A DNA stretch of 38,968 nucleotides from Stramenopiles sp. TOSAG23-2 (GCA_900128395.1 LT649315.1:1-38968), one strand, 5' to 3'; positions 1-11,777 are shown, counted from the first letter of the stretch. A program made the numbers and translations. The notes: generated by a model from the letters alone, not told the origin.

Positions 1-318
1 GATTGATATATATATATATATATATATATGTTTGTATAATTATTTTTTTTCTCTTGATTGATATTCTTATTATTCCAGAGCTATTCTTCGTTTCTATTAT
101 TATATAATTATATAGTTATATATTAGTTATTGCACTATTGAATGATGAGAAAAGAACAAGATCAGATGAAGTGCGCATATATACATGTATATAATAATTG
201 AATAAAGCAGACGACAATTAATACCCACATGAGAAAAAGATTAAAAATTGAACAATAGAAACAAAACCTTTTGGTAATTGCAACCCATATATATATACTA
301 TATTACATCATAGAAAGA

Positions 319-3300
319 ATGCACAGCAATAATACAAGTAAAAATGGAAAGGTCAACGTACCATTTGTACTTGGACAATTATTTTCAGATCATCAATATT
401 ATAGAATATTTTATTATTATTTTCATGTATTTTGTAAAATTGGAAATTTAAACAATAATAATAATAAAAAGAAAAATAATAAAGTTATTGTTGGTGGCAG
501 ACGAGAAAGCTTTTCGCCTAAATCATGGCTTGTTGATAATCTTACACGAAAAAAGGAGAATGACATTGTTATGGACGTTTCTGATCTTGCAATGGCATTT
601 GATAGAATCATATCATATGTTGTAAAGAATCCGCCGTTTTCAAAAGTAAGTCCATTTTCAGAGTTTGAAAAGCAAATTTTTGAGTTCATATTAGAGTATT
701 TATTTAATTTTGGCTTTAAAGGCGCTGGTTTGTCCAATATCAAGAAATATATTGTTGGAAAATTTAACAATGGTAATAAAAGTGAAAGCAGCGAAGAGAC
801 ATTGCATGAACATGTAGAAGCCATTTTATTGGCAAACTCTAGTAATGTCCCTGGTGAAGCAAGTTTATTTTATAGAGAAAAAATGAATAATAATAATGTA
901 AATGATGGTGGCGATGATAATAATAATAATGGTACTGGTGTATATGTCTTGTCTGAATTTGTAAATAATAAAGATGATATATTTTATGCATTTAACGATG
1001 TATGCATGTCCGCAAAGTTACCACATTTATTATCGATGGTACCAATAGCACCAATCATGACGAATCTCATAGCGAATACAACATTTATTAATCATTTTGC
1101 AATTGGTAATGTAAATAACAACTTTAATATATGGTGCACACTTGATTTAGGGGGTAATTCAGCTTTACATATAATTGCAGCAATTTTTGATAATAATGTT
1201 GAATCATCATCATCTTTGATTAATAACGTATTGTTATCAATCAATTTAAATCTAAATCAAAGAAATAAAAATGGCCATTGTCCTTTACATATCTCATGTG
1301 CATTAGGCCAAAATTATGGAATTCAAAGCTTTCTAAAGAATGGTGCAAATGCGGATCTTTCAGTATTGAAGTTTGCTATTTCAAACAATACTGATATTTC
1401 TTGTTTAAAGAAATTATTAGAATTATCATGTATTGATCCTGATATTGTTGAAAAGTATTATACATCAATATTTAACGCAAAGATAAATAAGGAAAGTTTT
1501 CATCGTAAACATGATAAAAATATAAAGCTTTTAGTTAGATGGTATATGTTAAATACATCGTGGCCATGGACAATTGATAATAAAAACAACAAAGCACAGC
1601 CTACTATTGTGCCACGGATGGAATCAAAGACTTATTTAGTTAAATTAAAAAAGCCATTGAGAACGAAAGATATCCCACGCGGGGCTTTCTTTTCTGTGAA
1701 AGATATAAAATTGCTTGCAAATAATAATAAGAAAAGTGGGAAAACAAGTGATGATCTGTTTATCTATGAAGATTCGTTAGGTAAAGTTTTGAAAAGCAAA
1801 AACATTGGCTTTCATACTGTTGCATTAGACATGACGTCTGAAAAAGTGAGCAAACATTCATCACCAGATGTTAGTAAGCGTAAAACCATTTCAAATGAAC
1901 AAAATCAAATGTTAAAAGCTGCGATTTGTACAAATGAGGTAAATGGCGTCTTATCCATGATTATTAGAGGTGCAAACGTAATTGGTCTTGAAAAAGAATG
2001 TATTGAGAAATCTATGAATCAAATGAATCAATTTTTTCGTCAAGATGGCAACAGTGATGATTTAAGCTATTTTGACAGAATTGCATCAACCAACTCGTCT
2101 AACTCAAATCAGTTTTGGATGCCGCTGCACTTTGCCTCATATTCCTCTAACGAGGATATGGTACGATTATTAATTGGAAATGGTGCAAATATAAATGGTA
2201 AAAATGTGAACGGACAAACACCGTTACATTGTATATCAATGCTATCGATGCGAGTTGATTTACAAATAAATAGTAAACGTGGTCGATATCGTTCAGATCA
2301 AATATCAGAGGAGGATATAGAAGACTTCTTAGCAACGGAGGAAGTAATTAAATTAATAGAAAAAGAAACTTTGAATAAATCCATATGTACAACATTTGCC
2401 CTGCTTGAATTAGGAGCAAATGCCAATGTACTAGATAAATATGGCATATCCCCATTGCACATTGCAGCCCAACGAGGAGATCATAAATTGGCATCGTTAT
2501 TATTACTACATGGAGGAGATCCAACGATTATTTGTGGCACTGATGCATACGAAACAACACAAGAGAACGATACCATCGACAAAGTTGTTGTTAGGGATGA
2601 TGGAAATTTCCCATACAATGGAATGTCATCATTGCATATTGCAGTGATGGAAGAGTACATACCGATTATTGGTGCTATTTTATTTAATCCACCATTGTAT
2701 GGTTTATCCTCGGAGCATAGCCTTCATAATTTCATTATGGCAGAATATATAAATGTAATAGATACAAGTGGCAGAACAGCATTTTTCTATGCTGTTACAA
2801 ATTACAATCCAAGTATAACCGGATTACTAGCAAATGCTGGTGCTGATATAAACTTGAAAGATAATGAAGAAGTTACATGCATTGATATGATAGATTACAA
2901 TTATGAGACAAGTATTGGCCCATGGGGTAAATATTTTTATAATTTGTTGATTTCCAATGGTGTCCAACTATCTCGGAAGTCTACCAGTGGAAAACATAAA
3001 AAATATGCCAATCAATTAAATGAAGCCCGACGAGTGTTTGAAATTAGAACAATAAAACAAGACGAGTATAATAATAAAAGTAGTGCAAATACAATAGATG
3101 AGCGAGTTGCACACCCTTTAGTATTTTGGGCAGAACCAAAATTATCACCAATATGTTTTTCATGTATACATGGTCATGGTGATACTCAAATGATGCTTGA
3201 TGAGGAAAATAAAAATAATACTGCTGTGGAACAATTTCATTGTTTTTATTGTGGATTGTTATATTGCAATTATTGTTCATATTCCCAAATCGATAATGAT

Positions 3301-3387
3301 AGAACATTCCCAAAATTTGTTGAGACATCAAATGGAGATCAATTGAAAGCAAAAGTATGTAAATCTTGCATTTTATTATTGTTGTAA
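319..3387 (+). CDS. Ankyrin-repeat protein with C-terminal FYVE-like zinc finger
   Basis: Long ORF with first ATG at 319 (the track start at 271 is TTG). Multiple ankyrin motifs: GNSALH, GHCPLH, PLHFAS..NGANIN, GQTPLH, GISPLHIAA, GMSSLHIAV, GRTAFFYA. The C-terminus has a FYVE-type Cys pattern: W...CFSC...HCFYCGLLYCNYCS...KVCKSC. Confidence 0.85.
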   Translation: MHSNNTSKNGKVNVPFVLGQLFSDHQYYRIFYYYFHVFCKIGNLNNNNNKKKNNKVIVGGRRESFSPKSWLVDNLTRKKENDIVMDVSDLAMAFDRIISYVVKNPPFSKVSPFSEFEKQIFEFILEYLFNFGFKGAGLSNIKKYIVGKFNNGNKSESSEETLHEHVEAILLANSSNVPGEASLFYREKMNNNNVNDGGDDNNNNGTGVYVLSEFVNNKDDIFYAFNDVCMSAKLPHLLSMVPIAPIMTNLIANTTFINHFAIGNVNNNFNIWCTLDLGGNSALHIIAAIFDNNVESSSSLINNVLLSINLNLNQRNKNGHCPLHISCALGQNYGIQSFLKNGANADLSVLKFAISNNTDISCLKKLLELSCIDPDIVEKYYTSIFNAKINKESFHRKHDKNIKLLVRWYMLNTSWPWTIDNKNNKAQPTIVPRMESKTYLVKLKKPLRTKDIPRGAFFSVKDIKLLANNNKKSGKTSDDLFIYEDSLGKVLKSKNIGFHTVALDMTSEKVSKHSSPDVSKRKTISNEQNQMLKAAICTNEVNGVLSMIIRGANVIGLEKECIEKSMNQMNQFFRQDGNSDDLSYFDRIASTNSSNSNQFWMPLHFASYSSNEDMVRLLIGNGANINGKNVNGQTPLHCISMLSMRVDLQINSKRGRYRSDQISEEDIEDFLATEEVIKLIEKETLNKSICTTFALLELGANANVLDKYGISPLHIAAQRGDHKLASLLLLHGGDPTIICGTDAYETTQENDTIDKVVVRDDGNFPYNGMSSLHIAVMEEYIPIIGAILFNPPLYGLSSEHSLHNFIMAEYINVIDTSGRTAFFYAVTNYNPSITGLLANAGADINLKDNEEVTCIDMIDYNYETSIGPWGKYFYNLLISNGVQLSRKSTSGKHKKYANQLNEARRVFEIRTIKQDEYNNKSSANTIDERVAHPLVFWAEPKLSPICFSCIHGHGDTQMMLDEENKNNTAVEQFHCFYCGLLYCNYCSYSQIDNDRTFPKFVETSNGDQLKAKVCKSCILLLL

Positions 3388-3585
3388 AATTTTTTAGATA
3401 TATTTTATATATATAAAAAAATGTACGAGAAGATTATCATTTGTGATGATGCATCGTAGATTTATACGTATGATGTAGTGTTAAAATTTCGAATGTATTA
3501 CTGTATATAAACGTCTAATTATTTTTTCATGAAATTTATTTACAAAAATATTAATATATATATATCAAAAAGACAAAATAAATTT

Positions 3586-4008
3586 TTACACTTCTGAAGT
3601 ATACACTTCCGATGATGCCTTTTGCCATCGTTTAAATACAGTACGAATTGTGACAATAACCATTCCAAATGTTATAGCCGACAAAATGTAAATTAAATAT
3701 ACAGCGTTACCAGCTTTTGGATCATTAAAATCAACCAATGTCATGGCCCAAACAGTTGCCACAAATGTAAAAAATATGATGAATAATTCCCATGCGTGAC
3801 CGCATGCTGCACAAGAAAAAATAGAATTATAGCGACGTTTAAAATTAACTCTGTATGCCATACCCATTGCCGTTCTCCAAGCTGATTTTGGTTTTAAAAT
3901 GCCAGCTAAACGCATTGTATCAAACTCTTTCTCTGTATATGGACCATGGACTTCATCATTAATATCTCGTATATAATATCCATCCTTAGAGCCTGTAGAT
4001 GACGCCAT
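3586..4008 (-). CDS. Small membrane protein with N-terminal GYF_2 (DUF4339)-like domain and two TM helices
   Basis: ATG at 4008 (MASSTGSK). YYIRDINDEVHGPYTEKEF..M..AGIL....WRTAM matches the GYF_2 pattern, followed by CAAC and two hydrophobic segments. Confidence 0.65.
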   Translation of the reverse strand: MASSTGSKDGYYIRDINDEVHGPYTEKEFDTMRLAGILKPKSAWRTAMGMAYRVNFKRRYNSIFSCAACGHAWELFIIFFTFVATVWAMTLVDFNDPKAGNAVYLIYILSAITFGMVIVTIRTVFKRWQKASSEVYTSEV

Positions 4009-4414
4009 GAATATGAATTTACACAACAGCTACAATGATGAAGATCGTGTGCTTTATATATATAGGTTATCTCTGCGTCTAACATGCACTGATATCTATG
4101 TGTTTATGTTTTAGTTTATGTTTCTATTATTTTTATTCATTTTCTTCTTCTTCATTTCTTCTTCTTCTTCTTTTGTTGGGCGAATCCCTTAAATATTATA
4201 ATTGCCGCACGACCGTAACCGCCGCCGACCACACTGCCATTTCTATAGTACTGATTGGAAGGAAGGAAAGAAGTAAAATGAAATTCTATCATCATTATAC
4301 AAAGTAGATATATTATATATGATAAAAAATTATATACGACATATTTAATCCCGATTACTACCTTTTTCTTTTCTCCCATCATTATTTGTACATACATATA
4401 AATCAACAATAAAT

Positions 4415-5518
4415 ATGCCTATTTTTGTTCATGGTCCAATAGTGTATATAATGATGTTCGTATTATTGAATATTTATTTAATTTATGCATCTGCTCCTAG
4501 ATTGCAATCAGCAAGGCTATTTGCTGAAGAAGAACGAACCAAAAGAAAAGAGCAAAGTCTAAAGGAAAATGGTAATTCAAATGCAAATTTTAACAGTATT
4601 AGTACTGACAATCCCTGTTTTGGTGTTGGGACGTTAAAAGGTGCTTGGGATGATAAAACACATAAATTTGTATCTTCGACCTGCGATATTGAACCTATTC
4701 GATTTGGATTATTTGAGGATCAAAGTAGTAAAAGTCGATTAAGGCTTGCACAATGTTTTAGTAACCGGAAATGGGTTGTTTTGATGGGGGATTCTAACTC
4801 TAGGGGAATGTTTAATATCATATGTGACATTTTAACTAATACATTAGGAAAGCAATCGGTATTTCGATTTGGAGGCGATGAAACAAATAAACACGGCGAC
4901 GCGCGTTGGAGTGATAGAGAGTGCATTTTTCCAGGTTCAAAAACAGTTGGTCCTTTTCGATTCTCGTTTCGCTTTTATAATAATTATGAACGTTTTAAAT
5001 CACATGTTGCTGACAAATTTCAACAAGACCTGGAACACGATAATACATTAGAAAAGCAGCAAATTCGTGGATCGTTGTTTGAACGATACGTCGTGCCAAA
5101 AAAAAATGGATATCCATCAGTTCTATTGATCAGCAGTGGCCTTTGGGATTTAAAATGTGAAAGTGCAAAAGATACATATGAAGTATTAAATGAAAAACTC
5201 CAATCTTCGATTCAAAATATTCTTTTTTTCACTCCGGCTCGTGTACATAAACATCCGTTCTTAACAAATGACATGATTAAAGGAGTCCATGATTGTATTA
5301 TGGAAAAACGTAATAAAGAATTAATTGATGTGATGGACAGAGTACCACTATTTGAAACCCACAACCGTAAGCCTGGCGTTGTTCCCATTCTTGATGTTTA
5401 TTCTATGACTGATACAATGCCATTGGAATGGATGAAAGGTTATCATTATTCCGGGACTCCCAAAAACCCACTTGCCCAGACAGTTGTATCCTATCTTTTG
5501 AAATTTGTATGTAAATAA
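4415..5518 (+). CDS. SGNH/GDSL-fold PC-esterase-like protein with N-terminal signal or anchor
   Basis: Hydrophobic N-terminus, G.W...C motif, C...KWVVLMGDSNSR (GDS nucleophile), SSGLWD block, and a C-terminal LDVY...GYH block. Confidence 0.75.
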   Translation: MPIFVHGPIVYIMMFVLLNIYLIYASAPRLQSARLFAEEERTKRKEQSLKENGNSNANFNSISTDNPCFGVGTLKGAWDDKTHKFVSSTCDIEPIRFGLFEDQSSKSRLRLAQCFSNRKWVVLMGDSNSRGMFNIICDILTNTLGKQSVFRFGGDETNKHGDARWSDRECIFPGSKTVGPFRFSFRFYNNYERFKSHVADKFQQDLEHDNTLEKQQIRGSLFERYVVPKKNGYPSVLLISSGLWDLKCESAKDTYEVLNEKLQSSIQNILFFTPARVHKHPFLTNDMIKGVHDCIMEKRNKELIDVMDRVPLFETHNRKPGVVPILDVYSMTDTMPLEWMKGYHYSGTPKNPLAQTVVSYLLKFVCK

Positions 5519-5864
5519 AAACAATTATACATGATGAGAAGTATATTATACGTACATAATATAATTGACGCTTTTTTCGTTTTGTGGTTTTGTATCGAAG
5601 AGAGCTGTAAAATGTAAAATGACATTTTTTAAAATACTATAATATGAGAGATGTAAAAAAAATTGGTGATGTGTTTTAATAAATCATATATTTTTATAAA
5701 ATTCAAAATAATATTCTACGACTCGTATCATAGATCTAAATACATTTTTAATAATATGGTGATTAATATTACGAACGAGTTCGTAATTTTAAATAAATAC
5801 TCGTATATTTTATAAATTTTTACACAGATCTAAATCTACGAATGCCAATATCATAATCTTCATT

Positions 5865-8800
5865 TCAAAAAGAAACTATAAATGTTCTAACTTTCAATGG
5901 TGTCAATAAAACATTGTATTTTGGATACATTGGTAACGGCAATTTAGGGTTAGGATTTAATGGTGTTTCACCATGAAATTGTAAACGACGTTTTTCCATA
6001 TCTTCTAATTCCTCATTTGCAAGTAGTGTTGTTTCTTCAATGGAGGAAATTTCATTGTTATCCACCATCAAATTAAATAAATCTGTTAAAGATACAGTAA
6101 CAGGCTTTGATAATTCTACATCCTCATTGACTGCAAATTTATGCATTAATCGAATTAAAAAGGTATTTGTTTTATTTTTATATTGTTGTAAAGTTAATAA
6201 ATTCACATTTTCCGGTAAACTTTTTTTTAATGCACTGCCTGAAAATCGTTTGAAATTATTTACATTGTTAATACCACCATTCACATCAAAACCTAATAAT
6301 ATAGAACGAAACATTTTTTCACTTTGTACGCGATACATCTTTGCTGCATGTTCAATGCTTACTATGCCAACACGATGTTTCCCTCTAACAACGATACCAG
6401 GGCCATCTCGGTACCAATATCTAGTATCTGGAGCATGCCAACCAAAAATTCGAGTTTCATTTAACGGTTCTCCATTGGGACCCATTCCACCTCCAGGGTA
6501 GTCAAAACCTAGTAGCCTACGGTGAACGAAAATGTCGATCAATCCAGAATCAAGAGAAGTTCCACCTTGGGATCTATCATTTAAAACAATAAATTGCCTC
6601 TTGTCATCCTTAATAGATATGACTGAATTAACGTTAACAACATTTGATGCAATTGGTTCCGTAACATTCAATTTAAATGTGTCCCTATGGTTTACAACTC
6701 GATCGATCATTTCATAGGCATTTGAATCAGTTGTCCAAGTATGCTTTGAATCAATATCGGTTTTAAAACGGCTAAATAATTCTTTGCTGGCGTTAATACC
6801 AGTGACCGGAACAGGCCCCACACTCCATTCCATCTCTAAAATATCATCAACAAGTCGTATTGTTTGTGTTATCCAATCATTAAATATTTGAACAACTTCT
6901 ATAACTTCATTAGTTGAAGACTTTATAACTGACAATTGTGCTTTATCACTAACAGGGATAGCATCTTCAGCTTTTGTTTGATCTGGTCTTAACATCCATG
7001 GACCTGAATTTTTTGCCGTATAATAATAAAACCCTTGATCGTAGATATTTGTTGTAATTTGGTCTATTTTATTTGTTAAGGATGTCAGTTTTCCTGTTAC
7101 ACTATTAAATTCAGCTTTTATATATTTATTTTCCAATAATACGACGCCAGTGTTATCGCCAGAATTATGTTTTTTTACAATTATTTCTCCCTTTTCTGAT
7201 TCTAGTTCCATTTTCTTTTCCAACGTTATTGCAAATGTCTCAAAGCCTAATGGAGGTAATACAACATTAAAAACAATCACAGATGGCGCAGACTCGGAGG
7301 AAAAGGAAGCAGCTTCTTGCATTTCACTTGCCCAACCGGTTGCTGGTAATAACGAAGAACTGACTATGTTGTTCTTCGACAACAAAGTAACTTTTGGAAC
7401 TAATACATTTGTTTCGTGGTTAACTACAGTTGGTACCCTTATGTTTTCACTACGTTTATACCCTAATGGATTATATGCAATCATATATAACGTATCCCCG
7501 ATTTTTTTTAGCGAATTGGTAGCAGGTTCGCATATGGATACATTTAATTTTTTACATATAAGAAATGTCGAAGATGATTCTGTTAATTTTGAAAATGCTT
7601 CATTTACTACTACATCTGCCAAATCATTTCCTAGACTTAGATGTTTTGCATAGTCATTTGTCACATGTTGTCTAGCTGTTCCAGTGACAGCATCATGATG
7701 CGATACTAATGCAACCGCGGCTGATAATGGATTTAAACCTTGTCCATTTAGTGGTGACCAACTAATCGATGGTTTTGGATCTGGTTTTAAATTTGCCCAA
7801 GCTTGTAGTTGCCTTGCTGTTTGCAAATAATTACTACTATATCTTTGATAATATTTCAACGTCGGCCTTGAGGTAAAATATCCAGACCAGTACATATGAC
7901 CCCGTAATCCAGATTCTTCCGTCCAATCTTGTGCGCATGGTATGAAATCATCCGTTTTAATACTCCATGTTAAATTTTCTTGATGCTTCTCTTGAGTATA
8001 TGTTACTGCATCTGAATATTTTGCAAAAATTCTTCCATCTGCATTGACAGCAGAAATTAATCTGTCAACATTATTGTACCATTCAAAAGCATTTTCGTAT
8101 GCATAATCACAACCCATCATGTACATTACATTTTTACCTTGGCTATAAGTTGCATATTCTTGTACACTAGATACAAAAAAATCAACCTTTGCTTGTATAT
8201 TTTCATCTTCTAACATTTGATTATTCATAATTGGCTCTCCATCAAATGCGCCGCCCCAGCCAAATATCGGAGGCGAACAGTATGCACCTTGTACAAATGC
8301 ACCACTGAAAATTTCATTTTTTAAGCTTGGCGAGGCTCTCCATAACATTTCCATTTTACCAGTTTTTCTTCTTTCAATCCTATCTTGATAATCGATCCGT
8401 GCAAAATAAAATGCATCAAATCCAACTTCAGCAGTTAAAAGAGATGCTTGGGTTGAAGTATGACCAAATGGGTCAAGATGCCAACCAATTGTAGGAATTA
8501 CATTAAATTCATCTTTCAAAAATTGTGTTCCAAAAGTTGTTTGATCAATCATTGTAGTAAAATGTAAGCATCCTTCATCATGCTGCGCCCATCCACCATC
8601 AACAAATATTAATTGCTTGTTTTTCACTAATTGTTTTACCACTTCTTTTTTACTTGTAGACTGTTCTTCATACCATCTTTGAAAAAAAGCTTGCTCTGCA
8701 TATGTAAATTTGCGTGTCGGGTCAATATTTAAAGCAGCAACTACACTATCTAAAATATATTGACACCCAGCTTTCTGTATTGTACCATTTGCACCATAAT

Positions 8801-9065
8801 AACATTGATCCACAGTTTTCAACCAACCAACATCCATATGGGAATGAGGTATAATATGTACATTTATTTTCTTACCAGCTTTATTTTCTGCATTATTATT
8901 ATTATTATTATTACCACGATATTGTTCGTCTAATAAATTTCCCATATCAATTTCTCTTTCCTCTTGTGTTATAGATTTAGCAATTGCATATTTGTTAGAG
9001 ATGCTAATACTTATAGATGTTATTGTCAATAATATTAGTACTATTGGTGACTTCATCTTGAACAT
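5865..9065 (-). CDS. GH38 alpha-mannosidase (lysosomal, MAN2B1-like)
   Basis: Zn-binding HSHMDVGWLKT, nucleophile motif GWHLDPFGH, YWSGYFTSRP, HHDAVTGT, DRSQGGTSL, and terminal LTPLKVRTF. Likely start is 9065 or 9056, followed by a signal peptide; the upstream part of the track ORF is AT-rich UTR. Confidence 0.95.
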   Translation of the reverse strand: MFKMKSPIVLILLTITSISISISNKYAIAKSITQEEREIDMGNLLDEQYRGNNNNNNNAENKAGKKINVHIIPHSHMDVGWLKTVDQCYYGANGTIQKAGCQYILDSVVAALNIDPTRKFTYAEQAFFQRWYEEQSTSKKEVVKQLVKNKQLIFVDGGWAQHDEGCLHFTTMIDQTTFGTQFLKDEFNVIPTIGWHLDPFGHTSTQASLLTAEVGFDAFYFARIDYQDRIERRKTGKMEMLWRASPSLKNEIFSGAFVQGAYCSPPIFGWGGAFDGEPIMNNQMLEDENIQAKVDFFVSSVQEYATYSQGKNVMYMMGCDYAYENAFEWYNNVDRLISAVNADGRIFAKYSDAVTYTQEKHQENLTWSIKTDDFIPCAQDWTEESGLRGHMYWSGYFTSRPTLKYYQRYSSNYLQTARQLQAWANLKPDPKPSISWSPLNGQGLNPLSAAVALVSHHDAVTGTARQHVTNDYAKHLSLGNDLADVVVNEAFSKLTESSSTFLICKKLNVSICEPATNSLKKIGDTLYMIAYNPLGYKRSENIRVPTVVNHETNVLVPKVTLLSKNNIVSSSLLPATGWASEMQEAASFSSESAPSVIVFNVVLPPLGFETFAITLEKKMELESEKGEIIVKKHNSGDNTGVVLLENKYIKAEFNSVTGKLTSLTNKIDQITTNIYDQGFYYYTAKNSGPWMLRPDQTKAEDAIPVSDKAQLSVIKSSTNEVIEVVQIFNDWITQTIRLVDDILEMEWSVGPVPVTGINASKELFSRFKTDIDSKHTWTTDSNAYEMIDRVVNHRDTFKLNVTEPIASNVVNVNSVISIKDDKRQFIVLNDRSQGGTSLDSGLIDIFVHRRLLGFDYPGGGMGPNGEPLNETRIFGWHAPDTRYWYRDGPGIVVRGKHRVGIVSIEHAAKMYRVQSEKMFRSILLGFDVNGGINNVNNFKRFSGSALKKSLPENVNLLTLQQYKNKTNTFLIRLMHKFAVNEDVELSKPVTVSLTDLFNLMVDNNEISSIEETTLLANEELEDMEKRRLQFHGETPLNPNPKLPLPMYPKYNVLLTPLKVRTFIVSF

Positions 9066-9549
9066 GTAACGTTGTATATCTCTGTTTATATATGTATATA
9101 TGTAGCTTTGGCTGTTTGTTTGAAATCCTAAATATATATATATTATATTCTCTCCATACAATTTAACTTTGTGTATCCTTTTGTTTTTGTTGTTGTGTTG
9201 TATATGTTGTTGGTTTTTTTTCTTCACCACACCTTTGGAATAAGGTGTTTTAACATGGGAATAGTATTGTGCTATTGTATTAATTTTGTTTTTTTGATGA
9301 TTCTAAAATATGATGGATTTATTATGAGATTGATGATGGATTATTATTATTATTAGAATAATTATATTAATATTATTGGATTAAGAAAAATGAATTAGAA
9401 TTAGAATCCATACTAATAAAGAAGTAAGAGCAAGAAGAGATCTAAATAAGAAATAGAAAAAAATGTAAAGATATATATTAAGATATATACACATATATTA
9501 AATCATCAATCCATAGAATAACCAGAGGAATATATCAACACATATAAGG

Positions 9550-11365
9550 ATGGATTTGAACCAACAGCCAACATTGCAATCGCCATCGAATTTGAGAAAA
9601 GAATCCGTGGATGATGACCCATTAAGTATGTTTCTAGACAATGATGACGAAGAAGAAGAAGAAGTTGATAACAATAATAATAGTAANNNNNNNNNNNNNN
9701 NNNNNNNNNNNNNNNNNNNNNNNNNNNNNNNNNNNNNNNNNNNNNNNNNNNNNNNNNNNNNNNNNNNNNNNNNNNNNNNNNNNNNNNNNNNNNNNNNNNN
9801 NNNNNNNNNNNNNNNNNNNNNNNNNNNNNNNNNNNNNNNNNNNNNNGAATTTCCCACCAACATCAAAGTATAACTTAGGATCACAAAATAATAATTTTGA
9901 TCCTATTAATCCAAATATACTGCACGGGAGCCCAAAGCGACGAACAGTATCACAACCACCGTTACCGACGAAAATAAGGACAAATCAATCGTATCTGACC
10001 AAAACCCCATCGAGTCTAACACCAAAGCCAAATAGACAACCATCAGCCTCTGATACATCATTTAATTATAATAATGGAATGATTAACAGTCTCAACCCAC
10101 TAACACAATTTTTGAACAAGTGTATTGACAAACCGGCTACGACACCATTACCATCAGAATCTTTTAAGGATTGTATTAAATTATATCAAAGTGGTTCATA
10201 TTTAAAATGTATTGAGACGGCAAAAACATTATTGAATCCTTCAGATATAAGTGCAACAAATGTTATCAAATTGCACAGCGAAGAATGGATCAATTTGAAC
10301 TTTTTGAAACTTTTATCATATGTAAAATTAAATTTAAAAGATGAAGCATTGAAAATAATTGAAACCATTGGTGTGATTGATCAACATTTGTATCGTCGCA
10401 ATAATGATAATGATGATGATGATGATAGTGGATCGACTGTACCATTTGCATTACGTATTGAAATTATAAAGTTAACAAATGGTAATAATAAACAAAATCT
10501 TGCTAATAATAATAATAATAAGAGTAAAAAGAACATTTTGAATCATTATCAACAAAATGCTGCTGATAGACTACGTGGTATATTGGCATTGTTGGACTCT
10601 GGCCATGTTAGCGTACTAGGTGAAAATGGAATAAGGCAATTAAAAAAATTAGGGGTTAAAGAAAACGATATCTTAAATTTACGCTTAAAATTATATGAAA
10701 CGATTATCTCCAAATTGTTAAAATGTGAAGAATATGGTGGTGCACATAAATTATTAAATGACGTGTTAGAGACCAGTGAAGATGATGATGATATTAGTAA
10801 TAATAAGTTTGGATTAAATTGTAAAAATCGTCTTTTGTTTGTTTTAAGTGCTGCACGTGTTTACATGCATATGGGAGATATAACAGCAGCAGAACGTTTA
10901 TATAATAAAGGCAAAGAAATGGGAAATAATGATAAAATTGCTTCAGATGATGTTGACATAATTCAAGCACGATTGGGATTGAATTGGGGCTTATTGCTTT
11001 TTTCTAAAAGTAAATTTGAGGAGGCTATAAAAATATTTTCAGAAGTGATTGATAGATGTCGCAATGAAAATATAAAAAATAATAATGTTAATGGTAAAGA
11101 ATGGATTGAATTGATGGTTTCCTGTGCAAATAATTTAGCTGTATGCGCATTAATGGGTGGCGATCCGAAACATGCCGTGAAAGTGATCGAATTAACATTG
11201 CAACATAGCATGTATCGCAACGTAAATATACAATTGATACGAAATTTGAATATTTTATATTCATTATTATATAGCCCAAAGACAGCAAATTCAAAGAAGA
11301 AAGCAATTATTGATGCTGCAAAAACATTTGGTATTGATTTACCAACAAATGGTGTAACAATATGA
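9550..11365 (+). CDS. TRAPPC12: TRAPP complex subunit 12-like TPR protein (spans an assembly gap)
   Basis: GSTVPFALR and C-terminal NNLAVCALMGG...IRNLNILYSL resemble the conserved TRAPPC12 motifs (GSMVPFS.R; NN.AVCLLY.G; LFNL.T.YEL), with TPR-like helices. Start at ATG 9550; the frame change falls inside the N-run, whose length is only an estimate. Confidence 0.7.
9687..9846. other. Assembly gap (160 N)
   Basis: Run of N directly after an AAT-rich low-complexity tract. Confidence 1.
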
Positions 11366-11567
11366 GAAACAACAGACGACAATATTTTTTGGTCGTAAAA
11401 TTAACATGATACGAAGCGTACAAAGTATGTGTGTGTGTGTGCCTAATAATGCAACAAGTACAAAGTTTTTATGCCCAGAGAAAGAGTGCATTATGATGAA
11501 AACACGACGCTTCATAAAAATTTATATGTATCATAATGCATAATGCACATTTAAAATATATTTTTAT

Positions 11568-11777
11568 TTATATTTGTGTGTTGTGTAAATTTACAACTAC
11601 ACACGACACATTATCTTGTGTACCTTTATGCAATGATTCATTCACAATTTCTTCAGCCGCTTCGTTTACTAGATGATGATCTATACTACTCGTATGATTT
11701 CCTTCTTTCAAATGCTTAAAAACAATTTCACATGCCTCACTGTGAGTTAAGACGTCCCAAATACCATCACTTGCAAT
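11568..11777 (-). pseudogene. C-terminal fragment (69 aa) of a PP2C/PPM protein phosphatase
   Basis: Manual translation: IASDGIWDVLTHSEACEIVFKHLKEGNHTSSIDHHLVNEAAEEIVNESLHKGTQDNVSCVVVNLHNTQI*. It contains the PPM hallmark motifs ASDG.WD and G..DN.S.VVV. There is no ATG, and an in-frame TAA lies immediately upstream (11780-11778). Confidence 0.85.

Noticed and set aside
5768-5787. Hairpin ATTACGAAC-GA-GTTCGTAAT between convergent genes as a terminator
   Set aside because: Short and AT-rich; intrinsic terminators are not expected for eukaryotic Pol II genes.
6040-7653. Plus-strand ORFs opposite the mannosidase (and similar antisense ORFs throughout the window)
   Set aside because: Shadow ORFs of real genes with no motifs.
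9066-9230. N-terminal extensions in the ORF track (also 271-318, 16289-16390, 30561-30626)
   Set aside because: Non-ATG starts through TA-repeat UTR-like sequence; better ATGs lie downstream.
9641-9873. Apparent frameshift in TRAPPC12-like gene
   Set aside because: It falls within the N gap, whose length is an estimate.
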